NCBI GenBank assembly: GCA_050575255.1 | Contig: JBNZDD010013683.1 | Span: 771,877 to 835,876, forward strand | Direction: 5' to 3' | DNA: 64,000 nucleotides | Source: Harriotta raleighana | Lineage: Eukaryota | Shown here: positions 35,956-48,505 of the stretch, piece after piece | Numbering within the stretch: the first letter of the stretch is position 1 | Layout of the letters: the number at the start of each line of letters is the position of its first letter | Made by a program: the position numbers and the translations under genes | The notes under the pieces: generated by a model | What the model was told of the DNA's origin: nothing | The model's input: the letters and a program-made list of their open reading frames with translations, nothing else | Database searches by the model: none

Positions 35956-37629
35956 CTCTAGCTATAATCTGCTTTCAGTTAGCAACTAACAAAAGGTATC
36001 TAATTTAGTAAACCTAATTAATCACTAAATTGCTGAGATTTGTTGCAATTGATACTCTACTCTGGTTTATGACAGTGGTTATTTTACCGTCAATTTTACA
36101 ACATCATCACAGAAATAGAAGAAACAACAAAGCACAGAGTGAGGTGTGATTTTTATGTAAAGAATATTAACTATTCTGATCAATTAAAGTAAGCAAATAT
36201 CCTCTTCTCAGCTAGTGAATGGAGAAAATGGTTTGCATGAAAGCACAAGTGAAATGATTTTGTTGAGAATCGTGTTTCCGTTCATCCTGGTGTAATAATT
36301 TAATGTTCACTGTTTCAGATATAGAGAAATAAAGGAAAAATGAGGATAATATGTACAAAACTTCAAGAGCTGAACGCAAGAGTCTGCTAATTGGATGAAA
36401 ATTCAACTTTATGACGCTAGAAGCACAGAACTACCAACATAAGAGGAATCACGCAATACTTAAATTTAACGCCAGAAGCATACAATGTTTTGGGCTATAA
36501 ATCTCTACATTTCTGACGTGTTTCACCAGCCAAGTTACATTTAACTGTCTTCTCACTGTTCTGTTTAACCAACCTCCCTGTGTCATGATCAGAGGCTTAA
36601 ACCTCCTGTTCTGATTTTGCATAACTAACCATTGGCATTTATTTATTCTAAACAATATACAGTATATGAAAGGTAATATACAAATGTAATTTTGTTGTTG
36701 ATGTTGCTTCCTTCCAACTTGTACTCTCCTGAAAATTTTTAATAAGGGCCTTAATGCCAGCTCTTGTTTTGTGTAGAGTATTATTTTTAGATGCCACATA
36801 GTGAGTAAATTTATATTTTGAATCTCTCAAATCAAATCCAGTTCCGTTGGAACACTGCAGCACTTACGCAAAAGTTAGGGTCAACTAAACGGTTGGGACA
36901 ATTAAGAAACAAAATACAGTACATCTAGTTTTACAAGTCTGTTACATAATGTTAATTTCAATGATGTTTCTCAATTGAATGACTAGTTTGTTTTTTGCTA
37001 GACAACATTTACCATTAACTGCAATATCAATCAACTACAATTAATTACTTATTTCAAGGTACAATCGATGCACATTCATTGTGCATTTTTGTTGTGGGAG
37101 GAATGGGGCTGATAACTTAAACCTTTAATAGACAGCAGCAATGGCAATGGATAACACAATACAAATGGTGTCTGTGTGCAGTTTGATTGGCGAATATAGC
37201 AATATCACTTGTATGACAAAATCAAATCTAATTTTACATTCAATTATATTCGGGAAATGGTTTAAGGATTTTAACTCACTTAACACAAAATATTCATGGT
37301 GGTGGAGAGGGGCAAAGCCTGTACTAGTGATCGATAGAGGCAGACTCTTTGAAAAACTCCATCACAGCTCTGTGTGGATTTGTGAGCTTTCAAACGTGTT
37401 TTCTATTAGATGTAACAGTCAGTCACCATTATAAACCAGAGTGCCAAAAATTTGCATAGTATTTGGCACCTCTGAAATCATGCAGGATCACAAGACTAAA
37501 AGCATTCAAGAGTTATCTTGTCTCATACAAAATGTCATTTGACACTGACTTGAAAATCATATGTATACATTTGGCATGCAGGGGGATTTATTGATAGACT
37601 GGGTTGCAAATATTGATAGGAAAAAAAAA

Positions 37630-37965
37630 CATGCATTTTCATAGCACCTTATCACATTGAAAGGTCTTGAAGCAATTCACAAGCAATTGCTATTGAGTTT
37701 AATGACTGTTATTGTAGGCAAACATGGCAGCCATTCTGAGCTGGGAAGATCCCATAAACAGCCATGAAATTAATGCATTAACCTATAGGATTGTTGGCCA
37801 GGACACTGGGCAAAAACTCATTTCCTTCCTGAAAAGTTATGGGATTTTGAAAACAGACAGGCTATACCTGGGTTAACAGGATCAACTGAATTAATGCACC
37901 TCTAACAAACACTAGCACTGAAGTGTCAAATCCTAAACTCAGCTTGAATCCACAAACTTCTGACC
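37630..37965 (-). mobile_element. Deu-domain SINE, old
   Basis: tgcattttcatagcacctt..ttgtaggcaaacatggcagcc..ttgttggccaggacactggg..cactgaagtgtc..gcttgaatccacaaacttctgac. Confidence 0.7.
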
Positions 37966-39674
37966 CAATCTTCGCAAGAGTCCCAGCAACCAAAGACTCA
38001 AATGTTTCCAGAAGATGGTAAGATTCTCTGACAAACCTATTTGGATCTAAAATTCATGGAACAACCTGATGGTTTCAATGACTTCTCCCTGTCCTTGTAT
38101 TCCATGCGATATTTGTCAGGTAAGATAATGCAAAATGAATGACAGAATCATAGTGGGAAAACATCAGATATAAGTGCTGTATCTTTTTATATGAGGTGAG
38201 ATTATTTTCCTGAACAATTTCCCCTTGAATTTAAGCCTTGCAATTAGGACCTGCTTTTCGCTTCAGACAAAAGAATTTAAATGTTTTGAACTGTTTAGGA
38301 ATTATCATTCACTGTTACAGTCAGAATGGAAGTAAGACGTGGTGTGAGTATTCTTGTGTTTTATCATGCACACTGCCATACCACATCATATGACAGATAG
38401 TCTGAAAAAATTATTATGTTGTTAGTGTGCACTCATGCTAAAATAACAGTACATATTACATTATCTCTCTTCCGTAGCATTTATTTATTGCCACCTCCTT
38501 CCCAGTCCATGAGTATTATTATCAGAATGTCTTTTTCAACCCAGCACAGATAATTAAGGGACATTAATGATTGGGTTTGAAGCACTTAATAATCCTATAA
38601 TGAACCTTACATTTGATATAGGGCCTTTCATGATGGGAGGGTGTCTCAAAGTGCTTTGCAGGATACATATGCTTTAGAGTTACAATGGGAGAATTTTCCA
38701 ACTTCCAGCATGAAAATTTGACATACAGGTAACTCGATTTACCACTTAAGCAATCACTTAACAGAGACAAAAAGTTTAACCTGATCACTGTTACTTTTGT
38801 TCAGTGATTGTCGTAACTCCTGTTATTTTCCAACACAGAAACATTTCATGTGAAATTCATCTCTAAACAGATGAAATTCTTTCATCATCTCTTTGCCATT
38901 GCCCATCAAAATCACATCAGTAGCCAGGAGCAAATCGACACGTTTCACACCTCCAACACACTTCATTGGTGATTTACATGTGCTGCTCCTACTTATTTAA
39001 TGTATAGCTGTCCTTTCAAAAAAAACAATTAATAGATTGTTACGAAAATAGGAGGAGGATCGATGTATCTTAAGAAAATGTCTTGCAGTTTAATGAATAA
39101 CATATCTGCGAGGGAAAACCAAAGGACCATAATGCTAAATTCTCCGGTCCTCCATCAAACCACATATCACTTGGTATTTGGTTTGTGGTGTGATTTAACC
39201 TATGTAAACAGGCTCTTTACTTGGCCCAGCTCCAGAACTGATGTAAAATAGCGAACACGAAGGTCACATTACTACAGTATTGTAATACAACAAGAGGATT
39301 GAGCACAGTACACAGTCGAGTTACAATGCAAATGTTTGGTTTAATGTGTTGATCCCAGCAAAATGTGTTACTTGGGTATTTAGACAAATGTGATTGTGAC
39401 TTATGATGTGTCATTAGCACTGGTGCTAACTATGAAAGATACATAGTGCATTCTGCTGCTTCACAGGAAATTAATTGTCAAGGTTTTTTTTCTAGATCAG
39501 TAATCAGTTTCTTTTGATTCAATATAGACTTTATTCTTTTGGTGACAATCTAATGTGGGGCAGGTTCGTGGAATAAGACTCACAAAACGAGTTGAAAAAG
39601 AGCGAGTAACGAGATGATGCAAGATGAACAGTCGATCATGGCAAAAAGGGTAATCAATGAAAGAACAAAAAAAT

Positions 39675-40230
39675 GGAACAACATTTTGCATTTATATAGT
39701 TCTGTTTACTTCAGGAGAATATATCAGAGCACTACACAAGGCAGACCAGGCACCCTAGCTGATGGGGGAGGAGGGAAGGCTTTGGAGTTTGAGATAGAAT
39801 TCCAGAGAGTAGGGCAACAAGGCTGAAACCTCACCCATTGGTGGTGAAGCAGATCAGGTCATGGACATGAAACAAGTCACTGTTTTCTGAACAGAGGCAA
39901 TGGCCAGATCGGTAGTTGTGTAAGAGGCTACAGAGGTAAGGTGGGGGAAAGGTCATGGAGGGATCTGAACATGAGGAGCTTGAATTCGAGAGCTTGAATT
40001 TTGGGGAATCTTAAGTTAAACAACAACAACAAAATTACACTTGTATGATGCCTTTCACGTCAGGAGGATGACCCAAGGTGCTGGACAGTTACTGCTTTAG
40101 ACCCGAGCTGAGGACGGGGGGTGGGAGGAGGGAAGAGGAGGATTAGGAGTTGCCGTTGGGTCCATTGAAGAGGAGAGTCTTGAGGTGAGACTTGAAGGAG
40201 GTCATGGAGGGGTTGAGGCAGAGGAACCAT
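39675..40230 (-). mobile_element. Two adjacent L2 3' fragments
   Basis: Older copy 39675-40000 (gaattccagagagtagggc); younger copy 40020-40230 with (caa)n tail and gcctttcacgtcaggaggatgacccaagg; frame SFKSHLKTLLF. Confidence 0.8.
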
Positions 40231-41029
40231 TTTAGGAACAGGAAAAGGCCACTGGGCCCAGCATACTGGTCAGGAAATAGCTGTGGCTGCATTGGCACAA
40301 AGCCATCATGACAGAAGGACAGAAATACTGGTACTGCCAAGACTGGCATGGGCTGCTTGTCTTGAGTATAAGTCTGTTTGTTGCACGAGAAACGTGCCAA
40401 TGAGTCACATCTGGAAGATTTGGGCTCCGGACTATAAATGCCATTTTTTTGTAATCAAATTGCATGTAGGCATTGGTGATTCAGAATCTACACTAGAGAA
40501 GTATACGCTTTTATGAGGAACATATTGTATCCATCTGCTTCGTGGAACAAAACTTGCTCTTCATTACCAAACCAGTTTATGCCCTCCTCATACATCAGTC
40601 CCTATATCACAGTTTAAACTGTGCTGAAGTAACAATTTCTCTTCACCATGCTTTTGGAATGCACATTGTACAGAGAAACCCAGTCACTGAACAGTGCAAA
40701 TGGGTTGAAACCGTATCAGTCACATTCAACGGTTCTTGATGTGTTTAGTGTTCGGCAGTATTTTGTCGGGTTTATTAATCAATCTGTCCTTTTAACTACG
40801 AGTCTTCCCTACGGAGTAATGAGCCGGTCATGTCAAAATATTCATCAAATTTTTTCCCTGTAGAGTTACAATCGTTTGACATCGGGCAAATGTAATCAAA
40901 CTGTTTTACAGGACCATTCAAACAGGGTGAATTACCTCAGAGTGAATTACCTTCAGGAGGTATATTCATTGCAATATTGTCATCCCTTGGGGTTTCTTTG
41001 AGGCATCTCCATCCTGAAACATGGAAACA

Positions 41030-41270
41030 TCATAGAGTTGGAGAATTTTACAGCACACAAGACCATTCGGACACTCATGCCTACCCAGACTATCTGAATC
41101 ATCTAGTTAGACCTACTTCCCCATTTCTTTCTATACTCTTTTAGATTTGTTGTTCTTTTCAAATATTGATTTAATTTCCTTTGGATAAAACTAAGATGGA
41201 TTCTGCTTCACGTGCCAATGTTTGCACGAAGGCATTTTAAGGTTCTACTCATTTTCTAATGACTGTCTTC
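41030..41270 (-). mobile_element. CR1 3' tail, old
   Basis: catcatagag..gaattttacagcacacaagaccattcgg. Confidence 0.55.
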
Positions 41271-41627
41271 CGATCCAGGATTGTAGTCTATTTACCCCAA
41301 ATTTGAACTAAAAAGATCCTTGGATCATTCACTCATTGTGTAACCAGGTTATAGTTCCTGAAAATGTATCTCCACTCGATGAAAAACATTGGAGATGGGG
41401 TGATAAATTCAGATTCAGTCAATACAAATGGAACATTCCTGGATGTATTGAGCAAGCTGATGGAACGCTGTCATCTTGAGGCAAGCAGAGCGATCACTAA
41501 CTGTGTGTTTGACTCAAGACATTAGGAGTTTCTGCTGAATGTATTATGTTCCTAGGAGCTCTTAGCATTTTAAAGAAGAGCCTTTGAGTTAATTGATCTG
41601 AAAGAGATAGATAACTTCACATTCTAC

Positions 41628-41735
41628 AATGAAGGGTCAGATCAGTCACTGAAACGTATCCTTCACTTTCACATGCGTATTTTTCTTGATTTGTTGGGAT
41701 TTTCCAGCAGTTAATTTTTTTTACTTCAAATTTCC
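41628..41735 (+). mobile_element. Decayed copy of PLE-derived element
   Basis: atgaagggtc..ctgaaacgta..ttgttgggattttccagca..ttcaaatttccag resembles the right arm. Confidence 0.5.
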
Positions 41736-44317
41736 AGGGTATTCATTTTATCATTGAGTTATTAACGTCTCCCGACGTGAAAGGCGCTCTATAAATGTAA
41801 TTTTGTTGTTGTATTATTATCAGCTCTCTGTGTGCATGGCAGAATTTTGTAAAGAACAAAGGCGTTTGTAGTCCCATTTATTTTTTATCCATTTCTAAGA
41901 TAGAAACACAAGTTAGGGCTTCTACAGGTTCGTGAGTCCTAACTTTACGCATGAACTGATTTCAGAATTGGATGATGCTTTAGAGATATCTGGAGATAAA
42001 TGTATTACAACTTACAATGGATCTGCACACCCGCTGATGTATGGGATAGATTAGTGAACAACTTACATTCATCATAGTAAGGAGGACATTTAGTGTCTGG
42101 CAGTCCAGTGATGCACAGCGTGTGCCCATATTGACTGGTACTTAGTTAGGGGAGGGAATTATTGCAACAATTCTCATCGTCTGTGCTTCAGAGAGGAGTT
42201 GGACCTTTGAGTTTGATTGGGAAAATCAATTTGCAAAGAAGTCTCTAGCATGGAATGACTCTCAAATTCTTTTTAAAATGTTAGTAATGAACTCTCCAGC
42301 GGACTGAAATTTGACTTGTCTAATGTAGTTGAATGCACATCTCAAGCAGTGGAATCTGAGACACATTAAATGTGTGCTTTACTTAATATGCTGTGATATA
42401 GACCACCGTTAGCACACATTAATGTAAAGTAACTCAGGCAGGGTAATAGTTGGGCACTACCATAGGTCTCAGCACCTCTGAGATAGGGTGAGGAAAATGA
42501 GCCTCTTCTGAGGCCTAGAATTTCACTTAATCTTAACCTGTGAGACCATGTCTAAAATCATGCAGAGTAGCGGAAAATTCTTAATCTTGTAACGTGGTTC
42601 TCTTTTAAAAGCTAAGTTTGGGCTAAATATGAGTTTGAATGTANCTCTTTTAAAACCTAAGTTTGGGCTAAATATGAGTTTGAATGTAAGCGCTTAGAGA
42701 GAACTCTTTCAAGGAAATGCCAGATGGTGATTAACAAGCAAACATAGTGTTAGAAGTTAAAAGTGGACACATGGAATTTGAATTCCAAAGCTTTTCATTA
42801 ACTATACCATTTATTAATGGTTTCACAGTGTGGATTTTGAAAACAATATTGTTGCATTCAGGAAAGTGCAGGACACAAAGATGTAAAATTGCTGTAGTCA
42901 GTTATGGTCAGAGTACCTCCAGATGTTCAGAAATGTGTTGCAAACAGTATGTAAAGCGGATAATGAAGCTATCTCCTATATTTGAGATTATTAGGTTTTT
43001 AAGAAGCCCTAATAGAGCTAAGGTCACAGTTCCACAAAATAAAAAGAAATACTGCAGGTCTCCTAAAATAATAGGGTTACATATTAAATGAAACCTTATC
43101 ATTCAAAATGACATTAAATTTAACGCGGATCAGAGNTTTAAGAAGCCCTAATAGAGCTAAGGTCACAGTTCAACAAAATAAAAACTATGGGAAGAAATAC
43201 TGCAGGTCTCCTAAAATAATAGGGTTACATATAAAATGAAACCTTATCATTCAAAATGACATTAAATTTAACGCGGATCAGAGGACATGATTTTCAAATG
43301 TGGAAAACACATGGATGTATATTAAAAAACAATGAAGGATAAAGATTGTGCTTAGTTCTCCTGGTCTGTCATCACCAGATTCTTTCACAATTGGGCTGTG
43401 CATTTCCATTGAAAGATTGACACAGCTTAAACCAAGGGTAAGGTAGAATATGTGTTTTCAGGGATAAGGATTTTCAGATATAGAAATGTACGGGAATACA
43501 ACCAAATAAAAATAAGAATGTGTTGCCAGTTCCATGCTATGCTGAGGATTATATGTGATGAAGTGAGATTGCACTGTATCTCTTTCATTCACAAAGCACA
43601 GAGAGCGGCGAGTACACGGGTAAGGCACAAACCAAATTCTATCTTTTATATACAGTATATGGAAATGAGAGCATGCGGAGCATGGAACGATTTTGAGGAA
43701 AGTGAGAATTGAAAAATTGTCAGGAAGAATTCACATTTGTGTTGCGAAAGTGATACACAGCCTGATTCATGAGTGAAGTGAGTGCAGACACCAGAGATTG
43801 TCTCATTAATTTGCAGGGGTTCCTGCATTTCCAAATACCAAAAGCAGTCAAAGAAGTCAATTTTGTAAGTAGTGCTTAACAATTGAATGGAAGCTGCCTG
43901 CCTTGGCACCCACACACAAATTCCAGACACTGTTAGCAATGCACTTTCCATTCTTTCCCAGACAAACCTCTGTACTGCCCACCACCCATCAAAGAAACAC
44001 AGATGTTACTCATGCCTGGCTCAGTCGACATTCATACGCTTTTAAATTAACATTTCAGAATCGGGATGAGATATCAACATCGCAATTTCAGGCAGGTGTG
44101 GTCAATCTCTCTGGGCTGTCTGACTACACCATATTTTTAATGTTTATTTGAGCAGCATTCGTCTCCACCTGCCAACACCCTGTGGGTGAAACTGAAAAAT
44201 ATCACATCAAAGAAGGGAATCAGTGCCCAGGTTAATATTTCAAGGTATCTTTAAGGTTTGACAATGACAGAACAGAATCAACAGAACATTAGGTAGTCAT
44301 TTCCCCACACCCATGTG

Positions 44318-44524
44318 ACGTCTTGGGACGTCCTCCCGACGTGAAAGGCGCTCTATAAATGTAATTTTGTGGTTGTTGTTGTAAATGATCTCACCCACAT
44401 ATATACAGTCAATTTTCCTATTTTCCTTTCCCCCCTGCTCTGATCCCTACTTGACTGTTCAGCGCCTTGGGACGTCCTCCTGACGTGAAAGGAGCTATAT
44501 AAGTGTAATTATTGATTGATTGAT
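44318..44524 (+). mobile_element. L2 tail (TTG)n followed by SINE tail (TTGA)n
   Basis: Two consecutive ttgggacgtcctcc(c/t)gacgtgaaagg stem-loop tails. Confidence 0.85.
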
Positions 44525-44776
44525 CGTTAACTCATTAATTTCTAGGTTATATGTGAACAACGAGCTATTTATATGTGGTAGTAAAAAAAAGGCCAGGAAA
44601 GAAGAATCCCTAGACCATATGTCCTAGACTTGTTCATAGAATCTAAAAGGTCATTCATAAAACACGTGCAGGAAAGAATCAGGCTCACCACTATAACCTG
44701 TTCCATGCGAAGGTCCCCACACATTTCAAAATGCCTAAATCTTTTCTTCTGATTGTCGGCAAGAATAACAACAACT

Positions 44777-45003
44777 TGTGGGTCATAAGGAAATAATAAC
44801 ATCAGAGAGACAGGCAAGCAACCTAACATTGACGCAAAGCAGACTTTGGTTTAACATTTCAGGTTTGTGGAGCTGCTGTGATCCAGAAAATGAGACACAA
44901 CACAAAGCATTGGGCTTCATTAAATGAGCTATTGAATAAGAAATTGTTTGGCAATTTGTAATATTATCCCATTGATGGGATTATGACCAAAAAAAAATGA
45001 ATG
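44777..45003 (+). repeat. Left arm of ~227-bp inverted duplication
   Basis: Reverse complement of 48280-48505 with two substitutions and a 1-nt homopolymer indel. Confidence 0.95.
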
Positions 45004-48000
45004 TGACCAAAAAATAGCACCTGTTTTGGGATTGAAGGCACGGCCATCGATGGAGTAAAGGAGGGCATGAGAAACAAACAGGAGGCCAGAACCAGTCAAG
45101 CGAAGGCAGCTGGTATAAGCATATCAGATAGCTTCACAGAATATGTTGTAAAGTGTCGTCGATGTGTACTTGCTCACCCACAAAAGCCACAGTCACGGAA
45201 CCTTACAGAAAATCTTGTGAAGTGCTTTGGGATATTCTCCTAACAAGAAAGGCTGTATGTCAAATGCAACGCTTATTATTATTATTACTTTTTAGGCAAA
45301 GATGACAGCTAATTGTTAGCCAAGATACTGGGAGAAATACCTCTTTTTGGATAGTATCATGGAATCTTTAACATCTGCCTGAAAGGTTTGACAAGCCACT
45401 TTCTGTGACTGCCTTTCATTATGTAACATTTGATGGAGGGAGCAGATTTTTGATCAACTTGTCTGTAGACATAAATGGGAAAGGAAGAGAATTCGTTGAA
45501 GAGACAGCCATAATTCCAATATCGGGCATTAACTAGGACTGAATGGAATGTAAGTGCAATAGAACATAAATGACAAAAACTCCAGAACTGAGTTATATCA
45601 TTGATTCCCAGTTAATTATGCTGCAAGCAAAGTGACATATTTGAAGCAGTAGAGGGATTAGAAGGGGAAGCTTAATTTATATTTCCTGCTCCCAAATCTA
45701 ACTCTAAGCCAGGAGAGCTGAGTAGAATTCTACACAAGTGCAACTAAGTGCAAGCACTGAATTCTATTACTGGATGTTTTTTCTGATGTTAATTCAGAGG
45801 AGCTTGTGTATTAAAAATAGCGTGAGAGGGTTAGTTGAACTGCTCGAGCACTAAATGGATACAGTTTGTGGCGTTGGGTGATTAATGATAATTCATTGTT
45901 ATTCCTAAACAAATTGATTCACATCTGAGTTGCTTATACTTTTCTGGTACAAATTGACATGTTGCCAAAATCCTCCTGGTGTTTCTATCGGGTGATCCCA
46001 TAGAGACCCTGCCCACACATCCCTTCCATGCCCCCACCAGAGCATTGCATTAAATATGTTTTTACCCTGCTTTGTGAAACTGAGAGTTTGAGAGATTGGA
46101 AAATGATTCTTCGGAGGGGCGATGAAGGTGTGAATTTCCTTAACATAGTGCAAAATCCTGCTGCCTCTCACATCCTCCCCTCTTGCCAATATTGCGTTCA
46201 ACACAGTAATTCTGGTTCTTAATTCCAAACTTGGAAAATATGCTGATCATGTCCGATTGAAGGAAAAAAACCACAACACATGTTTTAATGACAGGATACG
46301 TCAGACCTTCAATCAGACCTTCAGGCAGAGCATAGAGTCACTGTACTTGACCATTTGGAATCAGCTAGGGTTTCTCTCAAGGGACATTGTGGAAAAGTGA
46401 ATCCATGCAGTGAGTTAATTAATACCTGTTAGTCAATGGTTGTGCAATAGATTGTATCCAGCAACATCTCTCATTACTGTCGATATGTAGAATCTTCATA
46501 TAATTTTTAAATGGTAGCCGAAAGCGATTCTCTGAATAGGTCAGATAAGAAGATGAACAGAAAGAGAAAAAAACTCACTTCTCTGAAGAACTCTGCTCCA
46601 ATTTGTTTTATATCAGGAAAGACTGTGGAACAGTAATTAGAAGGTGTTGCTTAGGTTCTCTGCTTGCTTTCATCTCCTGAAAAGATTAATGGGCATCCCT
46701 GGGACACCAGCTGCTTTCTATTTATCAAAAGAAGCTGAAAGCTGGCAAAGAGCCAGTCGGCCTGAGAGATGAGGGGCGCTCAAAGCTCAAAATCAGCTAC
46801 CTCGCTGGAACCGTACAAAGGAAAGATCACAATGCACCATCATTCCAACCGTACTCTCCGCAAATCCTTTTCGAGAACGACCTTTGCAGTTGTACTGCGG
46901 AGACACCGTTACTTTTGACTCCAATGTCTCTCAGGTGCAAACCTCTATGCAGTGCTGGAAAAAAAAATGCATCCAGCAGAGTGAGAAGCTATTTCATGTT
47001 TCACTTTTGTTTTGCTCACTCAGTGGCATGGTAGAACTATGATTGAATTACGTATTATAATAAAGTACAGTAACCTTGTTCCACCTTGTCATTTGCCTTC
47101 CAAGGCTGCGACTACTAGCTCAGCCCAGTTTCACATCACTGCTAAATTTCAGTAGGTGAAAAAAAATCATCCTGTATGTCTAATTTTATTCAACAGTAAA
47201 GATGTAAGTTGAAAGTGAAGTTAAAGTTTCTGTAGAATAGATTATAAAAATGCATGGTTGGTGCCCATTTTATTTTATGAATAAGGAAGACCTCAGAATT
47301 GGTGAAATTAGAATACAGTAATAAGAATTTTATAAAGATCTCTCTTATATTTTATGTATGGGTGTGTGTGTGTGTGGATTGTGTCTTATCCATTCCATCA
47401 TGTCTACTGAACTGCCTCACCCCTTTTCTTCCTACACAACTTGGTGTGATCTCATAAATGAAGGATTTTTTATTACTATTACTCTGTTCACAGTTGACTG
47501 ACAGTGCTCGAATGGATACATAGCTTGATGATTCCTTTCAGAAATGATAAATTTGACAGACCACTCTTCCTCTGAAGGGTCAGCGAGTTTACCCAGTGAG
47601 TGTGTGAACCATTGGGACCATGAAGGTTCCTGTTTCCAGTTAGCTGATGTAGAAAAGGGAAGATCAGCCAGGTTTCACCTTGCCGAGATGCTGGAAATGT
47701 GCCTTTGAGTGTGTCTCTTATGCATAGGATCAGCTTTAGCTGTGATGTTCTCACGCACACTTAACGAACCTGCTGATAGTCAAAAGCGCAAAAGTTCACA
47801 ATTGAGTGAACTAGCACATGGTGTTCATGTAACCATACCCCCAGTAAAATAAAATGAGAAATTAAATGCTTTGGGGAGCAAAGGAGAGAAGAGTGAAGAG
47901 AGAAAAAAAAACCTCCTATAATAAATGTGAATCTGCTGCCAAACCTGTCACTGAACACTGTGCGGAAACAAACACCTCATCTTGTAAGTTCCAGAAATAC

Positions 48001-48279
48001 AATCTTACAAGTGATATTAGTCCTGCAAATAACCAGGACACAGCAGTTCTCTGCGATCTGTTTAAGAGAGAGTAGAAGGTATGCATGCTTACGGTACGAA
48101 CATTAGTGGAGAATGATTTATCAAAACTATTGGGAAGATATGAAATCTGCACTAGCTTCAATAACAAATACATTTTCTCTTCCCTTTCTAAAGCTGAATT
48201 AAACACTCCCCAGCCCTGCCAGGCTGGTGACCTTGTGTATTGAAAATAAAGAGCGCTTTGGTTGGTGGCTGCTGCTCAT

Positions 48280-48505
48280 CATTCATTTTTTTTGGTCACA
48301 ATCCCATCAATGGGATAATATTACAAATTGCCAAACAATTTCTTATTCACTAGCTCATTTAATGAAGCCCAATGCTTTGTGTTGTGTCTCATTTTCTGGA
48401 TCACAGCAGCTCCACAAACCTGAAATGTTAAACCAAAGTCTGCTTTGCGTCAATGTTAGGTTGCTTGCCTGTCTCTCTGATGTTATTATTTCCTTATGAC
48501 CCACA
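48280..48505 (-). repeat. Right arm of ~227-bp inverted duplication
   Basis: See 44777-45003. Confidence 0.95.

Noticed and set aside
42600-43283. Direct repeats around Ns at 42644 and 43136
   Set aside because: Same artefact; the second pair differs by a short indel, consistent with alleles.
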